Below are positions 23,349 to 36,500 of a stretch of DNA of 64,000 bases, in pieces; position 1 is the first letter of the stretch; each line of letters opens with the position of its first letter. Below the pieces are notes generated by a model. It searched no databases and was not told where the DNA came from. It saw only the letters and a list, made by a program, of their open reading frames with translations. The stretch spans positions 66,402,001 to 66,466,000 of the forward strand of contig OZ296651.1 in NCBI GenBank assembly GCA_965655095.1, written 5' to 3'. This stretch comes from Haplodiscus bocki. Lineage: Eukaryota. Made by a program: the position numbers and the translations under genes.

Positions 23349-24703
23349 ATGTCAAACAAAATTTTTCGGTACCAAACTTTTGTGGCAGTGTCTGGAAATC
23401 TTGGAGGGAAAATCCCAATTGTTGACGATGCCCTGTCCTCGCTTGAACAAGAAATTTATCCAACTACCTCACTTGATGAAAACTGCATAGAGTTTGAATT
23501 TCAAACAGATCGGAACTTTTATGTTGATTTGAGACAGTCTTTTCTGGCATTGAAGCTCAAATTTGTCAAAGGACGTGGTTACGATACCTACGAGAGTAAG
23601 GAAAAGAAAAAGGAGCACAAAGACGAATCTGTTGTTTTCACTGAAAGAGGAACAGACGACGACGAAGAGGAAGAAGAAGTAGCTCGAGTTACCTATGTAA
23701 ACAACATTATGCATTCAATATTTTCAAATGTTGAAGTGTACATTAACAATCAGCAGATTTACAATTCCAATGGAATATATGCACACAAATCTTTAACGTC
23801 AAACAATTTTAAAGCAGCAATCTCTGAATACAAGGGAGTTTTGCATTGTGAAGGCTATGACTATGAGCAGGATCCTGAAGATATTGCTAAACCCCTACCT
23901 GATCCCTTTTTTACAAGGAGAATGAAACTGCTGAGTAGACCTGACGGTTTCATGTTGTATGGCAAAATGGGGATTGACTTTTTCTCAACTTTTGAACTGT
24001 TCTATCCAAACATGAAAATTAGACTGCGTCTAATTAGAGCAAGACCCAATTTTTACATGATAAGCGACAACCCCAATGTCAGTCTTGGAATTGTGGATTG
24101 TTCACTTTACACTCGTTGTAATGCTCTCAAGGATGATTATCATAAAAAGAGAATGGACATGCTCGCTTATGCTCCTGTAGAATACAACTACTTGGAGACA
24201 TTGGCAAAGACATTCATCATACCTGCGAGACAAAATCAATTCATTCAAGAAAAAATTTTCAACAATGCTCCCATTCGTCGGATTGCTATTGCAATGAACA
24301 CAAACTCTGCCTTTACTGGTTCTTTTACAGAAAACCCATTCTGGTATCAACAATTTGATCTCAAACAAATTAGAATACTCAGAGGAGGTCAGCCAATTGT
24401 AGATTTTGATACTGCTGACAATTGTCGTCTATATGTGACTACCATGAAAGCAATGAACTTTCAGGATGATATTCCCTCAATCCCATTGATGATTTCAAAG
24501 ATCACTATGTGCTGGTGTTTGACTTGACTTCAATGCAAGACGCTACTGAAAACTGCCATTATCCTGAACTTGTTGGAGAACCAGTGAGACTGGAGCTAAA
24601 TTTTACCAATCCTCTTGAAAACGTTACTGAACTCATTGTATTGGGTGAACGAATGTCGTCAGTTGCAGTTGACAAGTTTGGTGTTGTTGGAAAGAATGTG
24701 TAA
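23349..24703 (+). pseudogene. Double jelly-roll major capsid protein
   Basis: IEFEF...YVDLRQSFL; VNNIMHSIFSNVEVYIN; NPFWYQQFDL; FDLT...RLELNF; frameshift near 24490. Confidence 0.92.
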
Positions 24704-24705
24704 AA

Positions 24706-25098
24706 ATGGATAATTTTGCTCTGCAACAAATTATCAGTCGTATCCCTCTGCTCAAATTTCGATACCTTGGTTCGTTTCCCTCAGACTATGTTCCAACTCT
24801 TGATAAAGGCACTTTTGCGATTATCAACACGCAACCCAGCAATATGCAGGGTGAACATTGGATCATGATTGCAAATTTCCGACACGAATTGTATTTTGCA
24901 GACTCTCTTGGATGTAAAGGGTACAGTTTTCTCAAGCAGCACTACAGGCAAATGATGCCAGCACCCCTACAGTCTCTCCCAAGTGTATGCGGCTTTTATA
25001 CAAAATATGCTGCTTTTCATCTCTTCAAGTTTCGACAGGAAGAAATTACAGCAGTTCACGATGTTAATGTACTCTCTTTTATAAGTAATTTCAGGTAA
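24706..25098 (+). CDS. Adenain-family cysteine maturation protease
   Basis: INTQPSNMQGEHW, FADSLG, LQS...VCGFY (His/Asp/Gln/Cys catalytic set). Confidence 0.93.
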   Translation: MDNFALQQIISRIPLLKFRYLGSFPSDYVPTLDKGTFAIINTQPSNMQGEHWIMIANFRHELYFADSLGCKGYSFLKQHYRQMMPAPLQSLPSVCGFYTKYAAFHLFKFRQEEITAVHDVNVLSFISNFR

Positions 25099-25861
25099 TC
25101 TTTCGATGTAAAGGTGCAGTTTATATCTTGTTCTTGTCCATTTTTATACAATCTATTTAGGTTTTTCCGACTATCACAAAATCTTTTTACATAGCATTAA
25201 GTCAAAACAGTATCCGCAAGCGTAATAAAAAATCCGCTGGCGTAATAAATATCCGCAGGCGTAAAAATTATCCGCAGGCGTAATAATTATACGCGCGGGC
25301 GGTGGGCACCCAAGAATTTTTGAAATGTTTTTTCGAAAAAATCTCACAGTGCCAAAAATTGTGAAGAAAATGAGTCATTCCATATCTTTATGCATTGAGA
25401 CGAACTGCTATCCTAATACATTGACTCGGCTCCATCTCTTAATACATTCAATCGACTGCCTATCTTATTACATGCATCGCCTATCTTAATACATTGAGTC
25501 GGCTTTCTGCTCTCGGCTCCATATCTTTATACATTGCCGCCTATCCTAATACATTGAGTCGGCTCCATATCTTAATACATTGCCTATCTTAACACATTGA
25601 GTCGGTTCCGTATCTTAATACATTGAATCGGCTTCCTATGTTAATACATTGAGTCGACTCCATATCTTAATACATTGAGTCGGCTCCATATCTTAAAACA
25701 TTGAGTCGGCTCCATATCTTAATACATTGCCAAACTATACCCTATCTTAATACATGGGAGGAAAACCTTTCTCGGCTCTCGGCTGCTATAGCCTATCTTA
25801 ATACATAGGGCCTTCAACCCCCCCCCCCCCCCCCGTCAGCTCAGCTCTGACTTCTACTACT
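25072..25861 (-). repeat. Polinton right TIR
   Basis: Inverted copy of 9610-10410; overlaps the last codons of the protease. Confidence 0.92.
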
Positions 25862-28835
25862 GGCGTGATCCGGATTGAAATCCGGATTAATGTTTCTCAT
25901 AAACTACAGGTCGGATTTTGAAAATTTTAGATCCGGATCAATGTTTCTCATAAAGTACTTGTCGGATTTTGATGAAATTTGGTGAGTAGGGAGGCAATGA
26001 CCATAGCAACAACGAGTTCAAAGTTGGGCGTGATCCGGATTGAAATCTTGATCTGAGATCCGGATTAATGTCAGGGGTTAAACATAACACAGCTGTAAAA
26101 ACTTCCATTTACGGCTAATTTAAAAGATCACGAGAGAAAATGCTCCTCCTTAACTTAACGGGTAATCAATGTCAAAAGTGTGAAACTGCATCAATGTAGT
26201 TTTCGGGAGGTGATTGCCTTTGGTGATCCAGAAGGGAGCTTTTTCCTTTGTTCAGAGATCTAGACTAATCCGATATGAAATTTCCGTGGAAATGACCACT
26301 TTGGCGGGAGTGCTTTCATATATTGCATTATGTATTTAATTAATTATGAAAGCCTGCAAGCATGATTACAAAATCCGGATACATGACATCCGTCACAAGT
26401 CAGCCATTGTACACAAATGTTATAAAGATCATTAGCACATTATTTACGTTCCTGACAATTTCGGACCTGTTTCCATCACCTAAGGACTAAAACTGCAAAC
26501 GTTTTTCATGGACTAACATATCCTGACACCACAAAACAAATTACATCCTATTATACATCCAGGTACTGGCATTTTACTAGTTTTTTGAAGCCGCACTAAA
26601 ATTGCTGACTAAGTTGTTTGATGGCTCAGGTATAATTTTTTCCGACATCACAAAAAATGCAAACATCCTGATTACTGATTTTGACGTGTCATGAAATTTC
26701 AGGTTGCAAGTATGAACTGCTGATGTCAGCAAAAACCCGCTGACTATACAATACTGTAGCAATGGAAATGTTCATCGTGTTTAATATTCCCCCTATTTGT
26801 TCCGTAGACAGTTTTGCTAGTCCTTTATTTCGCGTTTTTGTTCATTCGAACACAATCAAGAAACAAGGGCTTTCGCGCGATCTGCGCTCTCCGAGTGCCA
26901 TTCTTTGCCTTTCTGTCATCTTTTCAGTTCTGTGTTGCCCTATGTGAGGCATCAAATTGCCTGAAGTTTGCATAGTCCTAACACAAGGACCTTGTATTCG
27001 CACACATTAGGTTTCTGTTGCAATCTCACTAATTCTTGACAGTTTCATTGCGAAAAACAATTTGAAAAAAAATCGCCTTTTCCAATTGCTTTGACGATAA
27101 ATGTCAAATCAAAAGATTTTGAATTCAATATGTACGACTTCATATTGCCTCATTTTCAAACAAACTTTACGATAATAATCTTTGGTATCACACACTAAAC
27201 AGTAATTGCCGTGGCCCAATGTTTTTATTTATTTTTCTCTGAAAGAATCTTGAAAAACGACAACTTTTTGTCATTTTCAGTCAAATTTTGTTCCCTTTTT
27301 AGTGAGAATGGGCCCGAAACAATCCTGCTTATCATGGCATAAACAAAATTTAAAAATTATTGTTTTGTTATGTTTCCGCTGTTTTGAGAGAACGTTTCGT
27401 TGAGATTTCATGACGAAGTTTGTTGAAAATCTAGTTTTTTTGGTGTTCTGAGAACGTTTGTCGATTTGAAATCTTTGTCTGGCACCCGGTTCCTCCACTC
27501 ACTTGATTTTTCTATAGAGTGACCCATGTTTGGGACAGTAGCTTCATGGTTGGGTGCCAATGTTCCTGGATAGGTTTTTTGTGCGAAAAATTTTAGAAAC
27601 TGGATTTTTTCCAAATCCTTTTTTGTCAATTGGAACTCATTTAAGCTGAAACCAATTCCAAGAAGAATCCAAAATTTGCACAGAAAAATCATAAACAGTT
27701 TAGTCGAATTTCTTCCACCGTTTGGCTGGGTTCAAGAAATACAGCATTTTTCCATGAGTTTCTTTTAGCGAAAGCAGTTTTAAAAGCGGGTTGTTTGCAA
27801 CAACTTTGATGTTTTATCATCATTTTCGGTACAGTGACTCGCAAGATAGGACTGACAATGGCCCAAATTCTTCTTTTGGCTGAAAAAGGTTACTTAGGTC
27901 TTTTATCTTTCAGCTCGTGTTTGACGTCAGGTATCTTTCCGATGAATTTAAGGGCTAGAACGTAATAATCGAGGTGTTTTAATCATTTTGAAATTTTTGT
28001 CAAACTTACTTTATCTTGAGGCGTTCGCCTCAGAAAACCACAAAAAGTACAGATTTTGTGTCCAGAAGCCTCTGTTTTCTTACGGAATACATTTGGGTCA
28101 AATAGTTCTTGGAAACATTTTAAAGGAGATCAGGAGATATTGGCTATTGAAAGTTCTGTGAAAACTCAGTTGTATATCCTGGAATCAAGGACGAAAAGAG
28201 CTGATTTGACAGTGCAAAATGAACCAGTGACAGTTCAGTTCTAATGCAATTTAAGTTTTAGTTGGAATCGGACATTTTTTTCTGTAGGTTTTATCCGGCA
28301 ATTTCAAAATCGAGCAGTTTTTGGATACATCCTAAAAGCTCAGCTTTTTGTCAAATCTGTGAATCACCAAAATTTTACTGTTAAAATGACACTATACCTT
28401 TGCGTCTTGGTCGAGCCTAGCAATGAGCCCTTTTTGCATAGGTTTTTCTGCTTCCGATTCGCGACCGGCCGGAAATGCCAAAAATAATACGTAGAAGTAT
28501 CTTTACGTTTTGCAAATCTTTTTTCTCCACAACTATCAGCCTGAATTTTTTTCTAAAAGACTCATGCAACCAATAATTCTCTACTTGGAGAGGATTGTGC
28601 ATTAGAAAAGTGATAAATTTTTATTTTTGCGTTGTAATTTTTATTGTCGAAAAATGCCAAATGTATAATTTTTCTCTTTTCCAAGTTGGCATTTCTCCAT
28701 AGCTTTTGGCTTCTTTCCTTCCATCAATGTAAAATATGACAGTTTTATTATGTTGAAGTATGACTTCGACTTGAATTCACACGGTTTTTGCACGATGAAT
28801 AGATTTTTCATGGTAGGCCGAAAACGCCGACAAGC

Positions 28836-28907
28836 CCCCCATTTTCCCAATACGTCTTCGCTGTATGGGGGAGAGCTCCACCACCGATGGGGCTACGAAA
28901 AGGGAAA
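28836..28907 (+). ncRNA. HDV-like self-cleaving ribozyme at the element 5' end
   Basis: P1 CCCCCAU/AUGGGGG; P2 UUUCCC/GGGAAA; P3 ACG/UGU; L3 UCUUCGC; P1.1 CU/AG; P4 AGCUCCA/UGGGGCU; J4/2 ACGAA with catalytic C at 28896. P1 begins exactly at the TSD boundary. Confidence 0.85.
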
Positions 28908-31900
28908 TACATCGCCAACAAAATGCTCCACGCTCGACAAAGGACGGCCGGGTTTTTGGGAGACCGAGAGTCTGAGGCCCGTCACTCTCGGCTACTGTTC
29001 CTAAGGGCCGGCGATATCGAAGAAAATCCTGGACCGAACCACTGTGGATGGTGCAAGGACCTATTCAAGGAGGCCAACTATCTCTCCTGCAAGAACTGCG
29101 AGACAAAATTCCACATGAAGCGGTTCTGCAGCGGACTCTCAAGAAACTACGCAAGGATAACAGCGAGAGACAACACCCTGCTCTGTTTCATGTGCGCCCG
29201 GAGGGAGTGGCTGGAATGCGCCTTTTGTAGCAGCAAGTTCCACAGCTCGCAGAAGGGAAATAAATGTTGCGACTGCGGTAACAGCTACCACTACAAGTGC
29301 GCCAAGGTCCTCAGATCACAACAAGGCTCAAAAGACTGGAAATGCCCCCCCTGCAAAGGAGAGCACCTCAGCCAACCCCAGCAATCCAGCAACCTGGAGC
29401 GGGCAACATGTGCCACCTGCGCAGGGCTCATCAAGAGGGGTCACAACAGGAACAAATGCGCAGCCTGCAGCAACGAAGGACACATCAAGTGCAGCGGTGG
29501 AAGGAGACAAGACTGGCTCTGCCGAATGTGCGACACGAGCCAACCACAGCAACCACCTAGCCTACGGCAGAACCAAGACACACTCCCCACAAGCAAATGT
29601 AAGGAATGTGCAGGCAGAATCATCAAGGGAGCGCCGAGGGCAACGTGTCGACAGTGCACCAAACATTTCCACTACAAGTGCACAAGCAGCACACGAAGCG
29701 GCCAAGAGCATGCGCACAAGGAAGACTGGAACTGAGATGCCTGCAAGGCTGCCAAGAAGCCCACCACAATACCGGACATCGAAGGAGAGACCACCAAGAC
29801 GCATAAGGCACAGAATCAGCTGAAGATACTGCAGTGGAACTGCAACGGCCTCCATGGTAAGGCCAGCGAACTCGAACACTTCATGCTGAAGAACAAAATC
29901 GACATCGCGTGCCTCCAGGAAACCAAACTGACCCCATCTGACAAACCCATCACCTTTGCTGGATTCACAGCGGTCAGCAAACCGAGAACCAGAGAAGGAG
30001 TGTCTAGAGGGGAGGAGTGATGACACTGATCAGAGAAGGCATCCACTTCCAAGACGCCCCATGCGCGCACCCCGACCGACACAGCGGAATGGAGGGGGTC
30101 TCGATCAAAGTGTCAACAGCCGAAAACCCACTGACAATCAGCAACCTCTACTACCCTCCAGCCTCATCATCTTCGGTCAGTTCATACTCGTCTGCTAATG
30201 CGCTAAGCATTGTACCCAACGAGATTGAGCTCGTGGTAGGAGATCTGAACGCGCACCACGAACTGTGGGACAGTCGACTAACAGACGACCGAGGGAACAG
30301 CCGGGCGGATTCCATATTGGTCAACAGCGCCGCAGTGCTAAATAACGGTGATGCCACAAGGCGCAGCCCTGCCACAGGGACTGAGACAAGCCCCGATGTG
30401 ACAATCTGTCACAGGTCGCTCGCTGACAAGGCAACCTGGGAGGTCATCGAAGAGCTGAACTCAGACCACCACCCAATCATCACCACCGTCTACAGCACGG
30501 TTGAATGTAGGGAGAAAGGCTCAAAGAGAGCGGTGTGGGATCAGAAGAGAGGAGACTGGGACGCATTCCGGAGAGCAGTTGAAGAAGCCATCCCGAACCT
30601 CCCCCGAGACAACCCACTACGCATGGAGAAAGCTCTAAGAACCTGCATCTGCAAAGCGGCATATGAACACATCGGCCTCAAGAAGGTCAGCAACAAGACC
30701 CCGATGTGGATGACCACAGAAATCGAGGAAGCTATTAAACAACGAGATGAAGCAAAGCAGAACAACGATGAACCACGATACAAGGAGGCAGACGGGAAGG
30801 TCAAACTGATCACTGAGAAAAAGAAGGAAATCTGGAAACGGAAAATACTGGACAACCATGGAGCAGGAAACGTCTGGCAAATGGTCAGGAATCTCAAGGA
30901 TGGCCCCAGAGAATGTAAAAACAAAGCCATCATACATAATAACAAGACCCGTGTCACAGACCGCCAGAAGGCCCGGGCATTCATGAACCATTATAAGAAG
31001 TCGAGCAACATCACGCTCAAGAAGGAAGACAGATGGGCAAAGAAAGCGGTGAACGAACACCTGCGGAAACCAACATGCGACACAGAGCATGAGAGAGAGA
31101 GTTCACCCCCAAGGAACTCAAATCAGCCCTCTCGAGTGTCGACGGAAGGAAGGCAGCAGGACCAGATAAGATCCACCCCAGGATGCTTAAGAAGCTTGGT
31201 CCCTCTGCTTTGGCATACCTGCTGGATCTGTTCAACAACGTGTGGAAGACCAGCCAGGTCCCACAGATGTGGAGAACAGCCGACATCAGGCCAATCCCGA
31301 AGAAAGGTAAAGACTTCAGAGACGTGGGATCATTCCGGCCAATTAGTCTCACCTCCGTTGTGGGGAAACTAATGGAGAGGATGGTCTGCACCAGACTTCG
31401 ACACTTCCTCGAATCGAATAACCTACTAAACCCCAACTAAGCGGGATTCAGGAGCAAACGCAGCACAGAGGACCAGCTCCTCTGCCTCTCCCAGACGGTG
31501 AGCGACGAGTTCCAGAAGAAACCCATGCACCGAACCGTACTCGCTCTAGTCGACTACAGCAGAGCGTTCGACACAGTATGGCGAGATGCGCTCCTGTGGA
31601 AGATGATCCAGAAAGGGATTGGCACCCGAATAATACGGTGGACCCAAAGCTGGCTAAGCAACCGGCTGGCGTATGTTACGTTCGGAAATGCCAGCAGCCA
31701 GAAGCGAGTAATGAAACAAGGCGTCCCCCAAGGCTCAGTCATCAGTCCACTACTCTTCATAATATATATAGACGATATCACAGATAATATCCCTCCAGAA
31801 GTGATGGTAAGCCTGTTCGCGGACGACGTGGCACTGTACTCCTCGAGCATAGACCTAGCAACAGCGGAAGCCCGGATACAGGAAGCACTTAACGTTGTCG

Positions 31901-33503
31901 CACAGTGGAGCACCAGATGGAAGCTCACCATCTCAGTTGGGAAGTGTGAAGCGAGCTTCTTCAGTACCAACTCACACGACAGTAAATGGAGACCGAAGCT
32001 GACGATAGGAGAAGAGGAGATTCCGTGCTCCAAAAACCCTAAATTCCTCGGAGTTCCTACGATAAGCAGCTAACCTTTACCGAGCACGCCAATAACGTCG
32101 CCAAGAGCGCCAAGAGCAAGTCCCGAGCTCTAGTCCACTTGGCAGGGACTGGCTGGGGCTACGACAAGGCCACCCTCAAATCGACACACCTGGCCATTGG
32201 CAGAACGACTATGGACTATGCAGGTGCGGCCTGGCAGCCCTGGCTCTCCAAGACCAGCTTCGATAAATTTGAAAGCGCCCAGAGGTTCGCCGGTAGGATC
32301 ATCACAGGGCACTTGAAGACTACCCCGAACGAGTGCATCCTGCTCGACACCAACCTGACCTCAATGGTGACCAAGTGCAGACAGAACGCAGTCATCGCGC
32401 TCGAGAAGTCGAAGAGGCTCCCGCCAAACAACCCAAGAAGACAAGTAATAGAAAGACAGGTGAAGCAACGAATTACAAAACCGAGCTCGAGAAATGGGGC
32501 GATCAAGGCATGGGAAGAGATTTTCGAGAACGAAGACCACACAAGCCCTTTCCCGCCAGAGAGGAAACCGTGGACAGATACGACCAAGATCAGTTTCAGA
32601 TACAGCGAGACGAAGAAGTCAGACAGTGAATCAGAACAGCGCAAGGCTGGTGAACAAGCGATACTGGAAACAGGAGATCAAGACATCACATTCTACACGG
32701 ACGGGTTTGCAGCCGGAGGAAACTGTCTCAGCGGAGCAGGGGTAGTGGAATATGAAAATGACAGAGAAACCCATGAGCTCTCCTACCCTGCTGGACGATG
32801 GACCTCTTACCAAGCAGAACTGACGGCAAAAGAACACGCCCTCACGATGGCCACCGATAAGCCTGAGCAGAAGAAGATACGAATAATAACTGATTCAAGA
32901 TCTGCTGTACAAAGACTGGAGTCCCTAATCCATAATAACAAGCCGGACACGCGAACCGAGAACAATATCCAGGGGCTGTTAGAGAAGATGTCACATAACG
33001 ACCAACACCTAACTATGGTGTGGTGCCCGGGACACTGCAATATCGACGGCAATGAGAGGGCCAATAAGTGCGCCAAGGAAGGAAGTAAACTCCCTCAAGA
33101 ATCAGTCAGCCACTCATTCAACACCGCGAAGGCAGTTATCCGAAGACACCTCAAAGACCCCCCAATCGGACACCCACTGGCCAACAAAGTCTAAGCGAAC
33201 GGCCCAGACAGAAGGAAATCGATGGACAAAGAACTAAACCGGGAACAACAAGTAACAATCAGCCGACTCCGTAGTGGACACCACACACAACTGAACTACT
33301 GGAGGAAGAAAACCGATCTGACGAGCGACGACAAATGTAGAATATGCGGAACCGCCCCAGAAACTATGCAACATATAATGGAGGAGTGCCCAGGAATGAA
33401 CGACAGCAGGCCACCTAGCTGGGACGTGGCAGCCCTGGCGAAGTCCCCCCTGGAAGCCCTCCGTTTTTACGAGCGATGGAGCAAACGAGCGGGCGATGCA
33501 TAA
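28887..33503 (+). pseudogene. Ingi polyprotein: 2A peptide, 4 PHD fingers, AP endonuclease, RT, RNase H, CCHC; several stops and frameshifts
   Basis: GDIEENPGP; C4HC3 fingers; LQWNCNG, LQETKL, GDLNAHH, SDHHPI; FRPISLTS, GVPQGSVISP, LFADD; FYTDG, QAEL, ITDS, WCPGH, GNERAN; CRICG...HIMEEC. Confidence 0.93.
28992..29036 (+). other. 2A (StopGo) ribosomal skipping peptide
   Basis: LLFLRAGDIEENPG|P matches the D(V/I)ExNPG|P consensus. Confidence 0.9.
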
Positions 33504-36500
33504 CAACAACAACAACGCCGACAAGCGCAATTGTTACCGCTATTTTGTCGATAATCAAGGTGAAAAGTTCCTAGAGTTTTTCCGCAGTATGAAAGTGCTT
33601 GCTCAAGTGCACTAATTTTTTTATATCTAACTAAATAATATAAAAATATAACAAAAAAGAATGAAACAAGAAAATAATAGTTTAGATTTTTCCGACCAGG
33701 TGGGAGTCTAATACCACTTGTTATAACTTTGATCAATCTTTTCGACAGCCATTTGACGTGAAAAATCGCTGCGCGAGTGTGCTTTTGGTTTGATTTTCTT
33801 TTCATTCACTTTCGAAAGAATGTGTTTTATTCTAGAAAAACGTTATCTAACATGAATCCTTCTTGCATTCGCTTGAGTTTTTGAAAGGCAGCTCCAAAGT
33901 TAAATTTATTTGAATGTGTGGCTTTGTTGTTTTTTTCCCAAGGAGACACTTTCTTCAATTCCAAGTTTTTGTTTTTTTGTTTTTTCAAACTTTTCATTGC
34001 CCGTTGGTCATCAGAAAAAAATCGGTATTGAAGATTTGTTTTCCCAGACCCAGGGAACCACGAGTTTGATACGAATTCGGAAAGTTTTTCATCTTTGGTG
34101 GAACAACAAAACGGAAAGGTTACTTAGAAAAACTGTTGTCTCTATAGCAGATTTGGCCCCGTCTTCCTCCAATTCAATTGACAGTGAACAGCAGTTTAGA
34201 GTTTAGAGGTCCTTCAGTATATCAAAACTGCCAATTTGGATTACCATGTTTTTTATTCTCTGCAACGATGAGAATAGTGCAAAAAATTATCCACGACTAT
34301 CTCTTTTAAAAGATGAATTGCTCCGAGCAATGGACACAGCTTCTTGAGGTTGTTGTTCAATTCAAAATTTTGTTACAACGGAAGGAAAATTAGGATGAAA
34401 CAGAAGAAAAAGATTCCTACCACATGTTCTGCATCGTGAAAATTTTACAAAGTTTTCTAAAAGTGTGTGTTGTCAGGCAATTGAAACAACGTTTTTAATT
34501 TGGTTTTGCCTTTTTTCGTTTCGTGACTGAAAGATTTTTGAAAACGAAATAGTGACCGAGATGGTGATCCTCGTTGACAATTGCGCGATGAGGTTTTTCA
34601 CAACGGTGGTGATAAATCTGCCTTTTTTATGTAAGTGCAGTGCTTTGATCTGATCCCTGCTTTCGAGAAGCCTGTCTGCTGGTTGTCGGCATTTTTTTAC
34701 AAGTGCGAGTGAATTGCGTGATCCATGTGCATTGAAGTTTTGAAGAAATTTGCTGTCATTAAATGAGCGATGTCTCCTTTCTATCCCAAGCAATCATTCG
34801 GCTGGAGTTTGTCTGCAGTAATTTGGGAACACTTAAGCGGGTTCAACTAATGTTGAAAACCCAAACGTTGAAATCATTCTATCGTATTCTTTAATACAAT
34901 CAAAGGTTCCGTGCACGAAGATTCATTTTAACAAGTAAGTGGTCAAGCGCTTCGTAGTTTTACCATGTGAAACAGTTTAAATTCTATGTTGGGTCTACCA
35001 GAACGTAGTTGAAGTGCCTGATTTCCGCTTCCCTCAATTGCATTATTACAAAAGAACTATGTGCCAGTTATGTGTCAAAGTTGCTCAACAAGTAATTGGC
35101 GTGAAAGTTGTACGAAGACCAGTTTTTGCTGAACTTCTTTTTTTACTTCTGAATTGAAGAGTGATAACTTTACTTAAGAGAAGAAAATGTCAAGCAGTTC
35201 CAAAGTTGCATAGTCGTAGAAGTTTTCTGAAACACTGTGCAATTATCATTGAATGACATTTGAAAGATCAACCTGCTTTCTTGAGAATGGGTTCGTTTTA
35301 CCAATCAAATATAATGCACGAAGGTAGAGAGCTTTTTCGCGCAGGCTTTGAAACCACGTTCCAGCCGTTAGTCAGAGTAGGAGAAAACTCATACCTTAGA
35401 AAAAGTCCACGAAACGTATACCGTTTTTTGGACCCTCCTCTGTATACAAATTCAAAAGTTTTTGCCTGGAGGAACATTTTGATTGGAATGCTCCGTCACA
35501 CTCTACTGGACAGACAAACCATTGAAAAAAAACAAAATGCTGTTTAGACACTTTCCTTGTTTTCCCGAAAGTTGAGTGAAACTTTATGCAAGAGTAATTG
35601 ATGTTTTTATTTAATTGAGAGATCATGATAGCATTATGACTCCGTCGTCGTTTTTGTTAAAACTTCTCACATTTTTTTAATTCTAAGGTTCCACCCGCGC
35701 GCTGGAAACGGTTTTCAATGGGAACTGTTCATTGAAGCGCATGCATCTTCATAACTTGGATTGTAGTTCTGACAGCAATCTTTTTTATGGTACCTTTATC
35801 GGGGTGCTACCTATCCTCCTAAATTCTAAGCCATTAGCTGTTGTTGTTACGAGGCGTATTTGATTTTGACACGCTAATCCCTTCTCAGTTTTTCAACCAG
35901 GGTCAAATAGCGTTATAGTGGGCATCCTAGTTATTCATACCAAAGAATCATTGGAGCAATTGCCTGTACGAAACATGAACTGTTTTACTGTAAAAAAAGG
36001 TTTCAGGTGGTGTTAATGTTGTTCTGCAAGCTTTCCACAATCGGAGTCCATTACAATTATGCTAACTTAAACCTAAATAAACCGGTGGGAAGATGCGGAA
36101 TTGCCACCAGGAAAGCATTGGTGATCCAGTTTGATTTCCTCTGTTGCCATAAAATTTGTACATGTTACGGTCAAGTTTTGGTCTGGATTCGCCCATGAAC
36201 TTTTACCTGTTCTTCGAGCCAGAGTCCCAAAGGTTGTGTGTTTTGGATCAAGGAGGTGATTTTTGTAGTCCCTTTTCTGACGTTAACTGCACAAACAAAA
36301 AGAAGCGATAGCTGGTTGCCCAATTGCACTATCAATTAAGGACTGGAGTAAGCATTTTTGACACAAAATGTCATTTTTTTTCTTCCAATTTTGTGGCGGC
36401 AAAACGAGCTTCTGTGCAGATTTAGCTGCGCCTTGGAACCAAAATTGCAGCTACTGCTGTCGGTCTTATCATCTTATATGTTTAGATGTTCAGTTTTATT

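Larger units (their letters stand above)
9610..25861. mobile_element. Polinton/Maverick (adintovirus-like endogenous dsDNA virus), near complete but pseudogenised
   Basis: Starts AGTAGTAGAAG, ends CTTCTACTACT; 6-bp TSD GGCATG (9604-9609) / GGCGTG (25862-25867); long TIRs; pPolB, ATPase, INT, penton, MCP and adenain genes. Confidence 0.97.
9423..26905 (+). mobile_element. Helentron-associated non-autonomous element (HINE/DINE-1-like), split by the Polinton
   Basis: 5' hairpin ATCCCGC-GAAAA-GCGGGAT (9425-9443); (GTTT)n microsatellite; tandem core repeat (GATGAAATTTGGTGAGTAGGGAGG...GTTGGGCRTG ATCCGGAT) present on both sides of the Polinton; 3' subTIR TTTCGCGCGAT (26871-26881) followed by hairpin GCGCTC-TCC-GAGTGC (26884-26898). 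Confidence 0.7.
28836..33513 (+). mobile_element. Full-length Ingi/I-group non-LTR retrotransposon
   Basis: 13-bp TSD AACGCCGACAAGC (28823-28835 and 33514-33526); (AAC)n tail after the stop; GC-richer than flanks; single-ORF layout 2A-PHD-APE-RT-RNase H-CCHC. Confidence 0.95.
27400..35100 (-). pseudogene. Ancient Ty3/gypsy pol relic interrupted by the Ingi element
   Basis: Degenerate minus-strand motifs: RT-like PLIVLK...LN (~34850-34910), integrase-like GSLLGSTKT (~28410-28435) and IGTQP*SY...GSLYRK (~27510-27570). Order RT then INT on the minus strand. Confidence 0.3.

Noticed and set aside
29328-33530. Many minus-strand ORFs over the Ingi element
   Set aside because: Antisense shadows of a GC-richer coding strand; no motifs.
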